A DNA stretch of 37,795 bases. Source: Campylobacterota bacterium (GTDB lineage Bacteria; Campylobacterota; Campylobacteria; Campylobacterales; Sulfurovaceae). The stretch is taken from NCBI GenBank assembly GCA_034722775.1, contig JAYEOH010000027.1, forward strand, positions 19,595-57,389, in the 5' to 3' direction. Position numbers and translations under genes: made by a program. Below the pieces are notes generated by a model that was not told where the DNA came from, searched no databases, and saw only the letters and a program-made list of their open reading frames with translations. This document shows, in pieces, positions 25,622 to 34,337 of the stretch; position 1 is the stretch's first letter; each line of letters begins with the position of its first letter.

Positions 25622-26320
25622 TTACAGCCTGTGTTCCTTCTTGAATTGTGCAATACAATTATTGCACTCTTTGAGCTTATTGCTTTCGATCACGCCTTCA
25701 AGTGCATCATAATCGAGAATTTTGATATGTGACCCTGTTTTCATCTCGATAATATTCTCTTTTTTGAACTTTTTAAAGATCCGTGACAGCGTTTCCGGGG
25801 TGAGATTCAGGATAGCTGCGATTTCGTTGTATTTGAGCTTTGTGAAGATTTCGACATTTTCGATCAACAACTTTGCCACTTTGGCTTCGGAAGAGTAGAT
25901 CGTCTCTTTTTGGATCAGTGCAGAGAGTACCATGATCTTGGAGGTAAGCGACTTGATCAGCTCTAGAGAAAACTGCGCCTCCTTAAGGTTTTTGAGGATA
26001 TAGTCAAAATGCACCATCGCTATTTTTCCCTCTGTCACAAATTCACAACTTGCAGGAAAAGGCTGGCTCTCAAAACAGGCATACTCCCCTACCATCGCCG
26101 GGGCATTGAAGCGGTTGATCTGGATCTGAGTCCCTTTTGGTGTTGTCTTGTAGAGCTTTATAGTGCCCTCAAGAACAATATAGAGATAGTCACTGCTGTC
26201 TCCTTCATAAAAAATTATGCTGTCTTTACTATAAGTCCTGACAATGGCATTTTGCTTGATCTCGTTCAAATACTTATCAGAGAGCTTGGAGAAGAGTTGA
26301 ATATCGGATAATTGATGCAC
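25622..26320 (-). CDS. Crp/Fnr-family transcriptional regulator (Dnr/NnrR/NssR-like, no N-terminal Cys cluster)
   Basis: cNMP-binding beta-barrel (IIFYEGDSSDYLYIVLEGTIKLYK) and a C-terminal HTH with recognition helix TPETLSRIFKK, the E--SR motif associated with TTGAT half-sites. GTG start with a weak RBS. Confidence 0.9.
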   Translation of the reverse strand: MHQLSDIQLFSKLSDKYLNEIKQNAIVRTYSKDSIIFYEGDSSDYLYIVLEGTIKLYKTTPKGTQIQINRFNAPAMVGEYACFESQPFPASCEFVTEGKIAMVHFDYILKNLKEAQFSLELIKSLTSKIMVLSALIQKETIYSSEAKVAKLLIENVEIFTKLKYNEIAAILNLTPETLSRIFKKFKKENIIEMKTGSHIKILDYDALEGVIESNKLKECNNCIAQFKKEHRL

Positions 26321-26439
26321 GCTATAGAAACCTTTTTATGTCATTATTTTTTATTATATATACTGATTATAAATATTGTAGCAGAAAGAGTTAAAATAGG
26401 GCTGGGCTCATCTACCTGCATTGAAGGGGGGGGAAGTTA

Positions 26440-27192
26440 TTATGATTCATCGATCGACTGCTCCTCAAACCAACTAAGCTGCTCTCTGAGATTGACGACT
26501 TCGCCTACTACGATCAGTGCCGGCGTCGGCAGATCTTTTGCCAAATCCCATATCGTCTCCAGTGTGCCGACAACTGTTTTTTCATCTTTTGTAGTACCAC
26601 GGCTTATCACTGCGATAGGATATGTTTTTGGCTTTCCGATCTCAATAAGCTTTTTGGCGATATGCCGAAGTCGATGCAGTCCCATCAAAAAGACGATTGT
26701 ATCATCGGTTTTATAATTTTCCCAGGGGATTTGAGAGTGGCTTTTGTCTTTGGATTCGTGTCCTGTTACCACACGAAATGAGACTGTAATACCACGATGT
26801 GTCACAGGGATACCTGCATACTCCGGAACAGCGATCGCAGAGGTGATGCCGGGGATAAATTCAAATTTGATCCCTCTTTCACGAAGATATATTCCCTCTT
26901 CGCCGCCCCGTCCAAAGACAAAAGGGTCTCCGCCCTTCAGACGAACGACCGACTCGAACTTCAAGGCATTTTGATAAATGACTTCATTGATCTCTTCCTG
27001 GGGCAGCGTATGGTGACTATCTTCTTTGCCGACATAGACAAACTCACAGCCGTCTTTTGCCTCTTTGAGTATCTCCGGATTGGCGAGTCTGTCATATATG
27101 ATCACATCTGCTTCTTTCACCACACGCAGTGCCTTGACGGTCAGAAGGTCAATACAACCCGGACCGGCACCGGTCAGATAAACTTTACCCAT
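26440..27192 (-). CDS. cobA: uroporphyrinogen-III C-methyltransferase (SUMT; CobA/NirE)
   Basis: VYLTGAGPGCIDLLTVKALRVVKEADVIIYDRL and VRLKGGDPFVFGRGGEE are SUMT signatures. The start overlaps the NirF-like stop (TAATG). Confidence 0.9.
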   Translation of the reverse strand: MGKVYLTGAGPGCIDLLTVKALRVVKEADVIIYDRLANPEILKEAKDGCEFVYVGKEDSHHTLPQEEINEVIYQNALKFESVVRLKGGDPFVFGRGGEEGIYLRERGIKFEFIPGITSAIAVPEYAGIPVTHRGITVSFRVVTGHESKDKSHSQIPWENYKTDDTIVFLMGLHRLRHIAKKLIEIGKPKTYPIAVISRGTTKDEKTVVGTLETIWDLAKDLPTPALIVVGEVVNLREQLSWFEEQSIDES

Positions 27193-28313
27193 TATTCACT
27201 ACCCTTCATTTCGTAGATAAATATACCCGAAGGGTGCTTGATTTGATATATCTCCCGCTCCAAAAACCACTCTTTGGTATTGATGACATTTACTTTATTT
27301 TGATCTCGTTCTTCCCCCTGACCATTGACTGATACATAGAGAAAGTCATCGATATTGGACCATCGTACATGCAGCACTTTGCCCATAAAGGTGAAGGTTT
27401 TGATAATTTTCAGTGTTTTGGTATCAACGATCTGGATCGTAGGAAAATTCTTCCCCGAAAAGGTCACAGCAAGATATTTTTTGTCAGGGCTAAGCGATGT
27501 AAAGACCGGCAAACCCTGCATTTCAATATTTTTAATAAACTTAAAGTCAGGATCATAGACCATCACTTTATTGTCTCCCACTGCCGGGATGAAGATCTTA
27601 TCCTTGCTCAAGCTCCAGAAACCAAAATGCGGCACCTTGAGCACAGGTTTGTTGCCATCTGCTGTGATCTTGATCTCTGAAAACTTCATAGTATCAAGGT
27701 CGATAACACCAAATGATTTACTCAAAAAGAAACCGACAATATAGGTATCGCCCTGAATCATCGCGTCAAATGGCATTTTTCCTACAGCGAACTCTTTAAA
27801 AATTTTAAACTGCGGTAAACCTTTTCCACTATTTTCGTTTTTGAGTACAGTGACCTTATCACTATCCATCTGTGCAAAGATGAGATAATCTTTATAGATT
27901 TTGATCCCCACATTTTTGGAACCTGTCTTGATCTTTTCGATAGGCTTGAGATCTCTGGTCAGGATATCGACAGATTTATCATCATAATTGGCAACAGCTA
28001 CATAGTTTTCGCCGATCACAAAACCGATAGCTGATTTGCTGGTCTTGTATTCATTGAGTACTTTTTCACTCACCGGATCAAACCGCACGACATATCCGTC
28101 ACGGCTGATCAGATAACCATCCTTGCCATCAAACTTTATGATACCGTGGTTCATGTTGTGCATGTTTTCCATTCTGGATTTTTTCAACCCTTTGCTGATA
28201 ATCGCGATAGATTCCGACTCTCTCTCGACAACAAATATTTTCTCGTTGGCACTGGGTGTCACTCCAAACAGGATACCTGTCAATAGTAAACTTGATAATA
28301 AGATCTTTTTCAC
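27192..28313 (-). CDS. nirF: NirF-like haem d1 biosynthesis protein (cytochrome d1-type beta-propeller without a c-haem domain)
   Basis: Eight-bladed-propeller-like repeats similar to the NirS d1 domain, but with no CxxCH. I set the start at GTG 28313 (AGGAG 7 nt upstream, overlapping the nirJ TGA as GTGA), which gives the signal/anchor MKKILLSSLLLTGILFG. Confidence 0.75.
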   Translation of the reverse strand: MKKILLSSLLLTGILFGVTPSANEKIFVVERESESIAIISKGLKKSRMENMHNMNHGIIKFDGKDGYLISRDGYVVRFDPVSEKVLNEYKTSKSAIGFVIGENYVAVANYDDKSVDILTRDLKPIEKIKTGSKNVGIKIYKDYLIFAQMDSDKVTVLKNENSGKGLPQFKIFKEFAVGKMPFDAMIQGDTYIVGFFLSKSFGVIDLDTMKFSEIKITADGNKPVLKVPHFGFWSLSKDKIFIPAVGDNKVMVYDPDFKFIKNIEMQGLPVFTSLSPDKKYLAVTFSGKNFPTIQIVDTKTLKIIKTFTFMGKVLHVRWSNIDDFLYVSVNGQGEERDQNKVNVINTKEWFLEREIYQIKHPSGIFIYEMKGSE

Positions 28314-29443
28314 GCTTCTTCTCCTTTTGTTTCTTCTTTTGTCAGATAACATGATGGATCTTCTGCCCACATATCACCAAAAATTGCATAGGCCCTGCTT
28401 CGTGAACCTCCGTTGCAGATCGCCAAATAACGGCAATCGGCACATTTTCCGGAGAGTTCTCTGGGGTGGACTCTAAGCTTTTGCAATAGCTCTGTCGGCT
28501 TATTCGTCCAAATATCAGAAAAATCCTGGGTCAGGATATTGCCGATTTTGACCGGAAAAAACGGATCAGGCTTGACAAACCCTTCGCTGTCTATATTGAG
28601 CAGTTTTCGCCCTGCACTGTTACCGCCCCAGGCGATCAGTCTGCGCTGCATCTCTTCGGCATATTCAGGGTATTTCACAGCAAAGCGGTCATAAAAGAGG
28701 ATTGAATCCATCTCCATGTTTCCTGTGACGATCTCGATATCTCTGCCGCTCTCGTGATACTCAAAGGCTTTATCCAGAATGAAATTGACTGCCTTGATAC
28801 GCTGCTCTTTGGTCAGATCCATCTCCAGGTTTTCCAATCCTCTCCCACTGTAAACCAGATGAGAGATGTAAATCTTGGGGATATTGTGCTTCTCCGCCAA
28901 ATCAAAAATAAATTCCAGATCATCATAAGTGTCTTTTGTGATCGTAAAACGGATACCTACTTTGGTTTTGCCATAACTGTTAAGCAGATCTACAGCCTTC
29001 ATCGACTCTTTGAATGAGCCCTCCAGACCGCGAAAAGCATCATGGACTTTTTCGCTTCCGTCGATGCTGATACCGATATAGTCGAAGGTATCAAGAATTT
29101 TCTCAGCATTGCTCGTTTTGACATAGAGCCCATTGGTGGAGAGATAGGTGACGATCCCCAGCTCTTTGCAGCGTGCAGCTATGTCATAAATATCTTTTCG
29201 TGTCAGAGGCTCTCCGCCCGAGAAGATCAGAAACTTCACACCATTTGCCTTGAGCTTTGGCAGTGTGTCCATGATATTTTCAGTACTGAGAGTATCTACG
29301 GCATCGAGGTCTGCCTTGGAGTAGCAGTGCAGGCAGGAGAGATTGCATCGGTTGGTAAAGTTCCAGATGGCGATCGACCCGTCAAGCACGCGTGCCGGCT
29401 TTCCAGCAACAACAGAATTGAGTAGATTTGAAAGTCTGAACAT
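28310..29443 (-). CDS. nirJ: NirJ-type radical SAM protein (haem d1 biosynthesis; AhbC/AhbD-related)
   Basis: Radical SAM motif CNLSCLHCY and a C-terminal SPASM-like Cys cluster (CADCRYLAICNGGSRSRAY). Its context between a cytochrome c gene and the NirF-like gene also fits. Confidence 0.85.
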   Translation of the reverse strand: MFRLSNLLNSVVAGKPARVLDGSIAIWNFTNRCNLSCLHCYSKADLDAVDTLSTENIMDTLPKLKANGVKFLIFSGGEPLTRKDIYDIAARCKELGIVTYLSTNGLYVKTSNAEKILDTFDYIGISIDGSEKVHDAFRGLEGSFKESMKAVDLLNSYGKTKVGIRFTITKDTYDDLEFIFDLAEKHNIPKIYISHLVYSGRGLENLEMDLTKEQRIKAVNFILDKAFEYHESGRDIEIVTGNMEMDSILFYDRFAVKYPEYAEEMQRRLIAWGGNSAGRKLLNIDSEGFVKPDPFFPVKIGNILTQDFSDIWTNKPTELLQKLRVHPRELSGKCADCRYLAICNGGSRSRAYAIFGDMWAEDPSCYLTKEETKGEEA

Positions 29444-29764
29444 CTACTTCTCTTCCGTTTGAGGCTTAAAAGAGAGGACATAAGCCGTAATGGCATCCAT
29501 CTCCTCTTTGTTGAGATTAAACGGCGGCATAGCACTGCGCTTGTAGCCAAAAACCTTGGAGACAGCTCCCGGGTCAGTGATCATTCCGCGGATCTCGTCT
29601 GCACTTCTCTTTGAAGCGATCTCTGTAAAAGGAGGACCGAAAGCCACTGCTGTCTGGTGATGGCATCCCCAACAGTATGTTTCAAAAACTTTTTTTCCCG
29701 ATTGGGCTTGCAGGGTACTCAATATACCTATAGTTAAAACCAAGGCTACCAACAACTTATTCAT
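29444..29764 (-). CDS. small monohaem c-type cytochrome (NirC/c55X-like)
   Basis: Signal peptide MNKLLVALVLTIGILSTLQA, one CWGCH motif and a distal Met (SAMPPF). The start is set at ATG 29764 (GGGGA 5 nt upstream). The 70 upstream codons of the track ORF overlap the ClC gene end and the promoter region. Confidence 0.8.
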   Translation of the reverse strand: MNKLLVALVLTIGILSTLQAQSGKKVFETYCWGCHHQTAVAFGPPFTEIASKRSADEIRGMITDPGAVSKVFGYKRSAMPPFNLNKEEMDAITAYVLSFKPQTEEK

Positions 29765-29824
29765 CACTTTCCCCATCTTTATTGAATTCAGAAATGAATA
29801 ATAACATTTTTTTATTTTAGCCAC

Positions 29825-29838
29825 TTGATTTAGAACAA
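29825..29838 (-). promoter_or_regulatory. Crp/Fnr-type palindrome TTGAT-TTAG-AACAA upstream of the cytochrome c-nirJ-nirF-cobA operon
   Basis: 9/10 match to the consensus. A TATTAT -10-like hexamer (minus strand, 29798-29803) lies 21 nt downstream. The site is in the 112-nt gap after the ClC gene. Confidence 0.5.
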
Positions 29839-29876
29839 GGAATTCTGACTCTCTGCCCATGTCGCCTAAAAATACC

Positions 29877-31277
29877 TCATTCAGAGCTCTTATTTTTCTT
29901 CTTTTTATAGAGTTTTCGTCTGGCCTCCATGCGCTCTTTGATATCTTTGATGCCACGGATATACTTCTCATCACTGTAATCTATCTCTACATTCTCTATC
30001 TCTTTGCCCAATTTTATCTTCAAATGCTGCGACTTTTTCATCGCCAATATCTGTGAGGGGAAGACACTCCTGTGACCGGTCATCAAAAAAGAGATGACTA
30101 CCGACACCGCAGCATAGTGGGCAACCTCCAAACCGAAAAGCTCTCCTGCCATGATAATAGCTGCGATGGGAGCATTGGTCGCACCTGCCACTACAGAGAC
30201 GAATCCCAGAGCTGCAAAGAAAGCGATATGCTCTCCCCCTACTATATGCCCAAAGAGGTTTCCGGCTGCAGCACCGATAAAAAACACCGGTGTGATGATC
30301 CCGCCGCTTGCACCGCCTCCGAGTGAGAGTGCCGTAAAAAACATTTTGCCGATCGTATCGTACCACAGAACATGATTTCTGGCATCATAAGGAGAGAGAG
30401 AATCGCGAATGATATCAAACCCAAGTCCCAAATAACGATCTCCAAAAAAATATGCCAACAGGGCAATAAGAAGACCGGCAACAAAAGGTTTGAGCAGCCA
30501 GTGCCATTTGAGTTCTCGGATAAATCTCTGAATAGCATTCAGTACCGTGACAAAGATATCGGTCACGATACCGAAAAAAAGACCTGCCAGGATAACCAAT
30601 AAGATAAAATAGAGACTTACAGGTATGTCCGTATAGTAGTTTCTAAGTGCAAAATAACTATACTCAACGCCCAGATAGTCTGCCGTGAGAAAGGCTACAA
30701 ACCCGGCAATAATAGAGGGGAGAAGAACATCATACATGATCGTACCGACGATCAGGATTTCGATACCAAAAATAGCCCCGGCAATAGGGGTGCCGAAAAC
30801 AGATGCAAATCCGGCTGAGATGCCGCAAATGACCAACTTTTTTCTATCATGAGCATTGAACCTGAAGAGGTCCGAAACATAAGATGAGGCTGCCGCACCC
30901 AGCTGTGCAGCCGGTCCCTCTTTTCCCACAGATGCACCGGAGAAGATACTGATCACCGTAGCTACTACTTTTACCGGAAGGATAGCAATGTCAATTTTTC
31001 CATCGTTTTTATGTATCGCCTCTATTACCTTCTCGGTACCATGCCCCTCTGCCTTTGGCGCAAGTTTTTTGATGACATAGACAGTCAATACAAGTGCGAA
31101 CGGAAGGGTAAAATAGTAGGGGAAAGGCAAAAGTTCTCTTGAGCCCTCTGCCATACTGAGCACTTTCAGAAAAAGTGTGATCAGTGCACCGATAACGACA
31201 CCCATCAAAGAGGAGAGAAATATCCACTTAATCAATGAAGCAAAAACAAAACTCTGCTCTGCCAAATGCCGTTTCAT
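29877..31277 (-). CDS. ClC-family anion channel / H+-coupled antiporter (no CBS domains)
   Basis: Motifs align to E. coli ClC-ec1. APKAEGHGTEKV aligns with APEAGGSGIPEI. GKEGPAAQLG aligns with GREGPTVQIG, so the gating Glu is present. GGIITPVFFIG aligns with GGIFAPMLALG. AAGGAAG RBS. Confidence 0.9.
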   Translation of the reverse strand: MKRHLAEQSFVFASLIKWIFLSSLMGVVIGALITLFLKVLSMAEGSRELLPFPYYFTLPFALVLTVYVIKKLAPKAEGHGTEKVIEAIHKNDGKIDIAILPVKVVATVISIFSGASVGKEGPAAQLGAAASSYVSDLFRFNAHDRKKLVICGISAGFASVFGTPIAGAIFGIEILIVGTIMYDVLLPSIIAGFVAFLTADYLGVEYSYFALRNYYTDIPVSLYFILLVILAGLFFGIVTDIFVTVLNAIQRFIRELKWHWLLKPFVAGLLIALLAYFFGDRYLGLGFDIIRDSLSPYDARNHVLWYDTIGKMFFTALSLGGGASGGIITPVFFIGAAAGNLFGHIVGGEHIAFFAALGFVSVVAGATNAPIAAIIMAGELFGLEVAHYAAVSVVISFLMTGHRSVFPSQILAMKKSQHLKIKLGKEIENVEIDYSDEKYIRGIKDIKERMEARRKLYKKKKNKSSE

Positions 31278-31386
31278 TCTACTCTTCCTTGCTTACCGAT
31301 CAGGCTTTATGCTTGATTATACATCTATCTTTATTCGATGTGCTTAAAATTAAATTTTTTATGATTTTCCCTCGCTGTCGTTGACA

Positions 31387-32712
31387 TTAATGCAGTTCAA
31401 TCCTAAATAGAGCACCATCTTTGCTATTTTCTGCACTCAACTTTCCATGACAGTGCTCTTCGATAATAGTTTTGCTCATATAGAGCCCTAATCCTGTACC
31501 ATTTTTATCCTGTTTGGTAGTAAAATAGAAGTCAAAGATCTTTTCCAAAATCTCTTCAGGTATGCCGCCGCCGTTATCGCTCACTTCCAAAATAAATTTG
31601 TCATCATCTTGATAAGTAGTAAGCCCGATGAATGGTTTTTCTACCTTTTTTTCGAGCAGCACATCTTCGGCATTTTTGATGAGATTTAAAATCACCTGCT
31701 TTAGCTCATTGGGGTAAGAGTTAAATTTGGCTTGACAACTCAACTCCTTGTGCAGCTCTATCTGGTTGAAAACAATAGAGATTTCAATAATTCCAAGAAC
31801 CGACTCCACAATCTCATCATAGCTTGTCTCCATAAGCTCTTTGTTTGGTTTGAAAAAATCCCTGAAATCATTGATAGTGGCACTGAGATGCTGTGCATAT
31901 TTAGAGATATTTCTTGCACTCTTCAGGGTGTTTTCAGGGTCAAGATTATCCATTCTCGCCTTCATCTCTATGAGGGAACTTGTTGCACTGATAGCTGTGA
32001 GAGGCTGCCTCCACTGATGGGCGATCATACTCAGCATCTCCCCCATTTGAGCCTGCCTGGATTGCTGGATGATCATCTGTTCCTGATATCTGGCAAGCTC
32101 CATCTCTTTCTCTATTCTCTTCTCCAATCCCTCATTCAGCTTTTGAAGCTCCAGGGTTTTTGATGCCACCTCAGCAGAAAGAGTTTGTTGGCTATGGAGC
32201 AATTTTTGCGTGGACTCCTCTTTCATATTTTCGTAGAGATTGACGATCAGAAGGATAATGAACATATTGAAAATCCAGATAAAAAAATCTTTGCTGTTCA
32301 TATCCATAATATTTTTATCATAGAGAAAAATGGCAAGAAGTATCACTCCGACAGCAGCCGCCCAAAGCAAACCCTCTTTTTTGTCAAAAAGATAAAACAT
32401 GAGATATACAACAGTAGTGAACCAGATAAATCGCATAGGAGTACTATGGATATTGATCAGCAGATAAAAGGCTATAGCCGTAGCGAAAAAGAGAATAATT
32501 CTGGCAACCAATCTGAAGCTGCTGCTGTCATATTTGAGCTTCAAAAAGCCCCATATTAGAATAAAAACAAAGAGCATATCGGCAGCAGATTGTGAATAAT
32601 TATTTTCACCAAAACGAATCAAGCTCATAACAAAAATGACCACACCGGTGATAACAATAATATATTTTAGAAGTATGAGTTTGTTATCTGAAAAATAGTC
32701 CTTCTCTATCAC
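31387..32712 (-). CDS. sensor histidine kinase with an N-terminal multi-TM sensor domain
   Basis: About 5-6 N-terminal TM helices, a coiled coil, the H-box MIAHQWRQPL and an HATPase_c domain (DNGGGIPEEILEKIF..FTTK..GTGLGLYMSK). The start overlaps the upstream stop (ATGA). Confidence 0.85.
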   Translation of the reverse strand: MIEKDYFSDNKLILLKYIIVITGVVIFVMSLIRFGENNYSQSAADMLFVFILIWGFLKLKYDSSSFRLVARIILFFATAIAFYLLINIHSTPMRFIWFTTVVYLMFYLFDKKEGLLWAAAVGVILLAIFLYDKNIMDMNSKDFFIWIFNMFIILLIVNLYENMKEESTQKLLHSQQTLSAEVASKTLELQKLNEGLEKRIEKEMELARYQEQMIIQQSRQAQMGEMLSMIAHQWRQPLTAISATSSLIEMKARMDNLDPENTLKSARNISKYAQHLSATINDFRDFFKPNKELMETSYDEIVESVLGIIEISIVFNQIELHKELSCQAKFNSYPNELKQVILNLIKNAEDVLLEKKVEKPFIGLTTYQDDDKFILEVSDNGGGIPEEILEKIFDFYFTTKQDKNGTGLGLYMSKTIIEEHCHGKLSAENSKDGALFRIELH

Positions 32713-34337
32713 TTCAAAACCTCGGCAGCGGTCAGATTGTTTCGTATAGCTTCTATTAGCTGCCCGGGCTCTACAGGCTTGGTGAGATAGTCGTCCATAC
32801 CCGCAGCGAGGAAGCGCTCTTTGTCACCCTTGAGGGCATTGGCAGTCAGCGATATGATCGGTGTGTGCTCCCGGACTCCCTGCTTCTCTATCTTCAATAT
32901 CTCTTTAGCTGCAGCGATACCGCCAAGGTGAGGCATATTCTCGTCCATCAGAATGAGATCAAATTTTTTCTGTTTGAATTTCTTTATCGCTTCAAGTCCA
33001 TCGTTGGCTGTTTCGTAAGTCATACCGGAGTTTTCCAAAATAATACCGACAAACATTTGGTTGGTTGCATTATCTTCAACAAGCAGTATATGTGCTTTTG
33101 GCATATCTATATGATTTTTATGCTCGAGCGGTCTCTCTTTGGTCTTCTCGCCGAGAGGCATATTGACGCTGAACGAAAAGACACTCCCGATACCCTCACG
33201 ACTCTTGAAGCTCAAGCTCCCCCCAAGCATTTCAGACAATCTCAAGGTGATCGCCAATCCAAGTCCTGTACCCCCAAACTTTCTGGCGGTTGAATTGTCT
33301 GCCTGGACAAATGAGTCAAAAATGGTATCCTGCTTCTCTTTGGCGACTCCTATACCATAATCTTTTACCCTGAGATTTAACTTGCCTGACTTGTACCAGA
33401 TAATGCACTTGACGACAGAGCCGCCTGGTGTAAACTTGATGGCATTTGATAGCAGATTGGAGAGGATTTGCTTCACTCTGAGAATGTCGCCATAAAGGAT
33501 CTTTGGCATATTGTGGTTGTACTGTATCCTCAATATCACACCTTTTTCAGCGGCTTTTGCCTGAAATAGTTCACCAACCATAGTCAGATCTTTATAGGGA
33601 TCAAAGTTGATAGATTCGATATCCAGCTTTCCGCTTTCGATCTTGCTGATATCCAAAATATCATTAATGATCTGCAGGAGTGAATCGGAAGAGTTTTTAA
33701 CGATATTGAGATATTTTAACTTTTTTGGGTCCGCCTCTTCTTCACCCAGAAGAGAAATGAAACCGGCGATGGCATTGAGAGGTGTCCGGATCTCATGGGA
33801 CATATTGGCAAGAAACCGGCTCTTTTGCAGTGCAGACTGCTCCGCCTCCTCCTTTGCCAATCTCAGGTCGTCATGGAGTTTTCTGTACTGCTCTTTGAAT
33901 TTTATGATCTCAACAGCCCGAAAAAGAACACTGTTCAACCGATCGATCTCGATGGGCTTGGAGATAAAGTGTGAAATCTCCAAATCAATCAGCTGCAGCA
34001 GCCATTGCGATTCATCATGGGCAGAAGTCACTATGATGGACTGCCTGTCATTAATTGTATAGATGGATTTGATCATCTCTACGCCATTCATATTGGGCAT
34101 ATTGATATCTGTGATGACAATATCATAGCAGCGGCTATTTGCCTGATGATATGCTTTGTACTTCTCAAACCCTATCGCTCCGTCATCTGCTGTTTCGACA
34201 TGTTTGAAATAGTGAGCCAGCAAGCTGGAGATGCTTTCGCGCACCTCTTTGCAATCCTCAACATAGAGCACATTCAATCTCTGCGTTATTTTTATCAAAC
34301 TATCCACTTCATGGTCAAGCATCACTGTTTTCTCCAT
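32709..34337 (-). CDS. hybrid histidine kinase (REC - HisKA - HATPase_c - REC)
   Basis: N-terminal receiver (VLYVEDCKE...DIVITDINMPNMNG), H-box FLANMSHEIRTPLNAI, G-boxes (DYGIGV, GGTGLGLAI) and a C-terminal receiver (ILLVEDNATNQ...DLILMDENMPHLGG). Confidence 0.9.
   Translation of the reverse strand: MEKTVMLDHEVDSLIKITQRLNVLYVEDCKEVRESISSLLAHYFKHVETADDGAIGFEKYKAYHQANSRCYDIVITDINMPNMNGVEMIKSIYTINDRQSIIVTSAHDESQWLLQLIDLEISHFISKPIEIDRLNSVLFRAVEIIKFKEQYRKLHDDLRLAKEEAEQSALQKSRFLANMSHEIRTPLNAIAGFISLLGEEEADPKKLKYLNIVKNSSDSLLQIINDILDISKIESGKLDIESINFDPYKDLTMVGELFQAKAAEKGVILRIQYNHNMPKILYGDILRVKQILSNLLSNAIKFTPGGSVVKCIIWYKSGKLNLRVKDYGIGVAKEKQDTIFDSFVQADNSTARKFGGTGLGLAITLRLSEMLGGSLSFKSREGIGSVFSFSVNMPLGEKTKERPLEHKNHIDMPKAHILLVEDNATNQMFVGIILENSGMTYETANDGLEAIKKFKQKKFDLILMDENMPHLGGIAAAKEILKIEKQGVREHTPIISLTANALKGDKERFLAAGMDDYLTKPVEPGQLIEAIRNNLTAAEVLK

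Noticed and set aside
26321-26439. Crp/Fnr-type autoregulatory site upstream of the regulator gene, and one upstream of the ClC gene (31278-31386)
   Set aside because: The best candidates (ttgatgcacgctat, ttgattatacatct) match only one half-site, so I do not count them.
27192-28370. NirF-like protein as the cd1 nitrite reductase NirS, and the longer track start at 28370
   Set aside because: There is no CxxCH c-haem domain, and it is only about 373 aa, so it is not NirS or NirN. The 19 extra N-terminal codons overlap the nirJ 3' end, whereas GTG 28313 has an AGGAG RBS and yields a proper signal/anchor sequence.
29765-29974. 70-codon N-terminal extension of the cytochrome c ORF, overlapping the ClC gene
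   Set aside because: The extension covers the intergenic promoter and Crp/Fnr site and the ClC 3' end. The signal peptide begins at MNKLLVAL (29764), which has a nearby GGGGA RBS.
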